Source: Basidiobolus meristosporus CBS 931.73 (lineage: Eukaryota; Fungi; Basidiobolomycota). From it: a stretch of DNA of 64,000 nucleotides. The stretch is taken from NCBI GenBank assembly GCA_002104905.1, contig MCFE01000273.1, positions 41,927 to 105,926 of the forward strand, read 5' to 3'. The position numbers and the translations under genes were made by a program. The stretch's first letter is position 1, and the number at the start of each line of letters is the position of its first letter. Of the stretch, positions 58,817 to 64,000 are shown in pieces. Under the pieces are notes generated by a model that saw only the letters and a program-made list of their open reading frames with translations, was not told where the DNA came from and did no database searches.

Positions 58817-60272
58817 TGTTGTAAGAGTCTTGGAGATATTGGAAGTGATTGGGAGAACAAGTAGATTATGAGGTTTTCACTTAATGATTTATTGAATGTA
58901 AAAGTAGTATTTATACTTTTACTTGGTCTTGGCATTACAAACATGTAGAATAGGTTAAGGAAGATCCCAAGAACATGTGTGCAAAGTTTGGGGCTGTTTG
59001 GACAACTTTGAGAATTTTCATGTTCTGGGTGCCTGGTATTTTGGTGAAAATATTCTAAGTAAATCCCAACAAGGAATTTGGTCAGTATTCTCTAGGATTT
59101 GAAGGTGATGATCTAAGTGACTAAGTTAGGTGAATATTTAGGTGGAAATACAAATTTTTTACAACACTCCCACTCAGCTAAATGCTCATACTGACTAGTC
59201 CTAATTTTGGACCTAAGATATTCAAACTTGTCTCTAGCTAATGGTTTGGTAGATATGTCTGCAATCATTTCATCTGTAGAACAGTAAACTAAGCTAACTA
59301 AGTTATTCTCTATAGCTTTATGTATGAAATGATGTCTAATATCTATGTGCTTGGTTCTAGCATGAAAAGTTGGAATTCTACCTAATTGTATACATCCTTG
59401 ATTATCTTGAAATAAAGTAATAGGCGTTCTTTGACATAGGCCTAAATCTGTAAAGAGCTTTCTTAACCACATTGCTTCTTTTGTAGCTTCACAGGCTGCC
59501 ATATACTCTGCCTCTGTAGTAGAAAGTGCTACGTTTGGTTGCTTTCTTGAGTTCCATGAAATTGCTCCTTTACAGTAAAGAAAGGTGTATCCTGTGGTGG
59601 ATCTTCTGTCTTCCAAATTTTGTCCCCAATCTGCATCAGAGTATCCCACAAGATCTTGTTCTGAGTCCTTATAAGTGTATCTTAAGCAAATATCAGCAGT
59701 TCCTTTTAGGTATCTAAAAATCCACTTAACTGCTGCAATATGATCAGATCCATAGTTCTGATTATGTTGGCTGACAACTCCCACTGAATATGAGATATCT
59801 GGACGTGTTCCAAGCATGATATACAGCAGACTGCCGACCATAGATTGATAAGGAAAGTCAGGGCTTTCATATGGCACCAAGCTCTCTTGATTTGGCTGAG
59901 TTTTGACCAAGTTAAGGTTTGTCTCCACTGGGGTAGCTGCTGGTTTACAGTTTCCATTTTGTACTTCTTTAGTATATCTTGAATATACTTGGATTGGCTT
60001 AGGGTAATAGTCTGGGTACTTCTGTCTATGGAGAACTTAATCCCTAAGTAGTAACTAAGTTCTCCTAGATCGGACATCTTGAACTCCTTAGATAGGCTGG
60101 ATTTAGTCTCTTTCAATGTTTCTAAGTTATTGGCGGCTATAATAAGATCATCCAGATATAGAGCTAATAGAACTGGATTTGCTCTATCTGGCTTATAGTA
60201 TATACTATAGTCAGCATTACTCCTTTTGAAACTCAAAGATTCCAAATAAGAATCTATCTTGCAATTCCAGGC
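58817..60272 (-). mobile_element. 3' part of Copia B (B4): LTR 58817-59166, PPT, RNase H and RT, interrupted by Gypsy
   Basis: Near-identical to B1 3695-5150; RT breaks exactly after AWNCKID coding sequence (GCAATTCCAGGC|TGTTG). Confidence 0.94.
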
Positions 60273-63200
60273 TGTTGTATCCAAGAGAAAGTGTAATAAA
60301 ACTCTTGAATGGTTTAACTGAACCAAAGGGACAATTAAGTGCAGAATCTTAGAATTGTCAGAGAGTGGCGGAAATATTAGCAGAAAGATTCTGATCTAAT
60401 ATTGGTCTTGGATATAGCTGGATTGGCTATAAATGATATTTGTTTGCTAGGCAGGCTAGGCTTGGTGTTCTTTGGAGTGCTAGATATACTAGGCTGGGAT
60501 AGAAACTAGAACGGAATTGTTGGATTCTTTATTTTTGCTGAGACAGAATCTTAATTTTGTTGAGACACACACTAAACCAAAGGTTCAGTAAACTTTATTT
60601 ATACTTTTCTGATCAAGTTGAATTAGTAAGCGCCAAGGGACTGGATTGATTGAAATCAATTTGGGTGTTCATAGGTGCATAAGATAAATGAAAATTACAT
60701 CATCAATCAACTGATGTCTTGGCAACTGCACCGTGGTTGGATAGATCTCAGATGACTAATCACCTGGGAAGGCTTGGCAGATATGTTGATAACGTAATGA
60801 CCATTTGAAAATAGATCAGGTGTGATAGCTAAAAGTAGATTCTGAGGTGGGATAAAATAAACTGTAACTGGGATTTGTTATGTTTGGGTTAGGGAAAATC
60901 AGTTAGGGTACTAGATTTTCAAACGGAGTAAAATTGGCTAAGTTTTAAATGTTGATGCACAACATCACTTCCTTCCGGAAGAGGAGTTTTTTGATACCTT
61001 CTGGGTTCCTCTGCAGCTCCATTACTGATCAATAATGGCAACATCATCAAAGTTGGTGTAAGGTTCCCAGGTGTTGTGTTTGGCATCATAGCCTTTCCAC
61101 TTGACTAAATACATGCAATTTGGTTCTTCTCCATCATGGTCCACAATAGCTTCAACTTCATAGGATTCCGAAGTTATTGGGTCTTGAGAAATAAGTTTGA
61201 GTGAAGAAGGTGGAAAGTTTTTGGGTAGCAGTGCTCCAGTGTTATCCTGAAGTACATAAGATCCTCCAGTAGTGCGTCTGACAACCTTGAATGGTCCTTC
61301 ATACTTGGGGTCAAGCTTAGATTGCCGGATTGGATCTAGTGTCATGACATATGACCCATCTGGGAAGCTGCTGTTCCTGTGTCTTGAGGCGTACATTGAA
61401 GTCATCTTTTGCTGAGAGGCCTTACTTCTGGCACTGATAGCAGGGTAGACAATGTTGGTAAGGTACTCAAGCCGGTTCTTTAGCTTATCTGTATTCAAAC
61501 TTGCTAACTCTGTATTCTGGTAGTCTCCAAAGTGGTTGTATCTTCTTCCAAACATCAAGAAAATGGTGTTGATCCATGTAGAGCGGCAATTTTGGTGTTG
61601 ATAGCATATTGTACAGTTGGAATGTACTTGTCCCAATTCTTCTTGATACCTTTGATAGATTTCCTGATGATGTTCACTGAGGTCTGAACATGTCTTTCAG
61701 CCAGTCCATTAGCTTTGGGATGATATGGAGTGATCAGATGGTGATCAATGGCGCTATTCTGGCAAAGGGCTTTGATCACGTGATTCACAAATTCTGTTCC
61801 ATTATCCGATTGAATGACCTTAGGGAATCCAAAAAGGCAGAAGAGCTTGAATAGTTCTTGTGCAATAGTGGCAGCATACTTGTCTGGTATAGCTTTGAGG
61901 AAGACAAAACGTGTGCAGACGTCCACAATTACAAAGAGGTAGTGATTACCATCATCACTAGTGGTGAAAGGTCCAGCTAGATCAATTGCAATATGATCCA
62001 TAGGAAGGCTTGCATGGATGGGGCTCAAAGGGTGAAATCCATGGAGGCTGATATTGTAAAGTTGACATTCTCTGCACAACTTGACAAATTCTAAGCAGTC
62101 AACTTTGATATTTGGCCAGTGATATCCATCAGAGTGTAGCTTCTTCATAAGTGTGTCAGCACCAAAGTGGCCAAGTAAATGACTCCTCTGTATCAATGTT
62201 TTCCTTTGTTCTTCAGGTGGGATTTTCCAAGTTGCTGAATCCAGTTGAGGAATTACTTTGGAAGTTGTAGAGAGTTTACTGATTACATCAGTAATCACAT
62301 GTCCCTCCCAAGGTGAAGTTGGAAAAAGTCTTGACAGGTGGTCAGGAAGGATGTTGAGAATTCCTGGGCGATGAATAACTGTATATTCATAATCAAGTAG
62401 AGTATCAAGCCAGTTGGTAAGCATTGGAGTCAGAGTCTTCTGAGTGTGGATATAGTCAAGGGCTCGGTGGTCAGTGTACAAGGTAAAAGGATTACCCCAT
62501 AGATACTGATGAAACTTCTTCAAGGCAAAGACTATGGCAAGTAGCTCCTTCTTGGTAGCAGAGTAGTTTCTCTCAGCAGGTTGTAGGGACCTGGCTTGGA
62601 AAGAGATCCAGTGAGGTGGATTTTGGTCTTCATCTTGATAGAGGACTGCCCCTAACCCAACATTAGATGCATCCGTAGCAACAACAAAGGGCTTAGTAAA
62701 GTCTGGGTAGGATAAGGTGGGTGCTTGTGGAAGCAGTTGGCAGAGTGACTCAAAGGCTTGGTCATGAGTCTTGTTCCAGGCTGAGGTGAGATCAGGGCTA
62801 TGGCTGTAATGCATCTAAAGGGGCACTCAATGAGGACATGAGTGGTATGTGTTCCCTGAAATAGTTGAATACTCCAAGATAATGTTGAAGTTGCTTGGCG
62901 CTAGTGGGTTTTGGCCATTCTGGGATATTGACCAGTTTGAAAGGATCTAATTGGTGGCCAGCTGGTGTGACTATAAATCCAAGTAGATTGATTTTGAGGC
63001 GTGCAAAACTGCACTTTTCAGCATTGAGAATCAGTCCAGCAGTTGTCAGTCTGTTGATTACATCAGTGACATGGGTTGCATGATCATCACGGTTAGTGGA
63101 AAATATGATGACATCATCAACAAATACCAATGCGTATGGTGCATTCTTGAGTATTATAGTCATGACTCTCTGAAACTTGCTGGTAAGTGTCTTTAGGCCA

Positions 63201-64000
63201 AAGGGAGCTCCCTGAAACATCCATTGCATATTATTCCAAGTGAAGGCAGTCTTATGCTGGTGATCAGGATGGATCTGGAATCGGTGATATGCATCCTTCA
63301 AGTCCAACTTGGAGAATACTTTTGCTCCTGATAGTGCGGAAAAGATATCTTGGATTCTTGGAATTGGAAACTTGTCATCTTGGAGAAGCTTGTTCAGAGG
63401 TCTGGGGTCCAAACAGGGTCTCTTCAAGGTTAGATTTCCATCAGCATCTTTCTTTGGTGCAAGCGTCAAAGGGCTGTTGAATGTTGTGTTGACAGGGGCT
63501 TGAGTGATAATTCCATTGTCAGCCCATTTTTGGACTATCTCATCAACTAAGTGTTGACATGAATGACGGAATTGGGTATTGCCTCCTCCATGTTGACTCA
63601 CCAGGTGGGGTCTCTAGTGTAACAATGGATTCTGGGATGGTGCAGAAGCTGTTCCTTGGAATGGCCTGATTTCTCTCTATGGCCGGCTGAATATCCAATT
63701 TGACTGATTGAGAATATTCTTGAAAAGTTGGGGTTAACTCTTCTTCTTCTGGTTGGGATGAGATAATCTCTGGGATTTGATCCATTATGAGTGGCTGAGA
63801 TTTAGTGATTCCTGGATAGGAAACTGGTAGTCCGCCTATGTGAAAGCCAAGTTTGCTGAAGGTGTCCAGACCAATGACTACCTGAGGTCCATCTGGTATG
63901 TCAATCACTTCCATCTGATGGATTATGGTTACTGAGCCACAATGTATGTTGATTGGGTTGGTAATGCCAATTCTTGGGGCTGAGAGATCCTTAGCGCAAG
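60273..64000 (-). mobile_element. Ty3/Gypsy chromovirus (3' LTR 60273-~60964; pol with frameshifts; continues beyond the window)
   Basis: RT (FSKLDLKDAYHR, PFGLK, FVDDV), RH (ATDASNVGLGAVL, YSATKKELLAI), IN (HLLGH..CREC, AIDLAG, QSDNGTEF, NGLAER), GPF/Y (KYEGPFKV), chromodomain (YEVEAIVDH...YLVKWKGYDAKHNTWEP). PPT-like TCACTTCCTTCC on + at ~60965. Confidence 0.95.

Noticed and set aside
60880-60910. TTAGGG telomere-like motifs
   Set aside because: Only two non-adjacent copies inside an LTR; compatible with chance.

Overview
Eukaryotic, fungal genomic DNA: it has a ZDS1-type gene and short GT-AG introns. An early-diverging fungus is my guess only. Four zones. (1) 1-24.5 kb: a nested transposon pile. 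A decayed CACTA/Tnp2 two-gene unit carries two solo LTRs and a Ty1/Copia element (A), which itself carries a second Copia (B); a PIF/Harbinger element and further Copia-B pieces follow. TSDs, LTRs, PBS and PPT are directly readable. (2) 25-31.4 kb: a CpG-rich island of three host genes (DUF676 lipase, ZDS1, RPS4). (3) 36-57 kb: an array of five intact, intronless ~590-aa paralogs with an F-box-like N-terminus and degenerate ankyrin-like repeats. They are interleaved with decayed copies and Copia solo LTRs and show patchwork sequence exchange. This is the most interesting and least explained part of the window. (4) 57-64 kb: a Harbinger-like end, a Copia-B 3' half and a chromodomain Ty3/Gypsy inserted into it. 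The repeats are strongly CpG-depleted, with CGA>TGA and CGT>TGT lesions, while the host genes and the intact array paralogs are not. No database searches were run; identities and counts are by-eye estimates.
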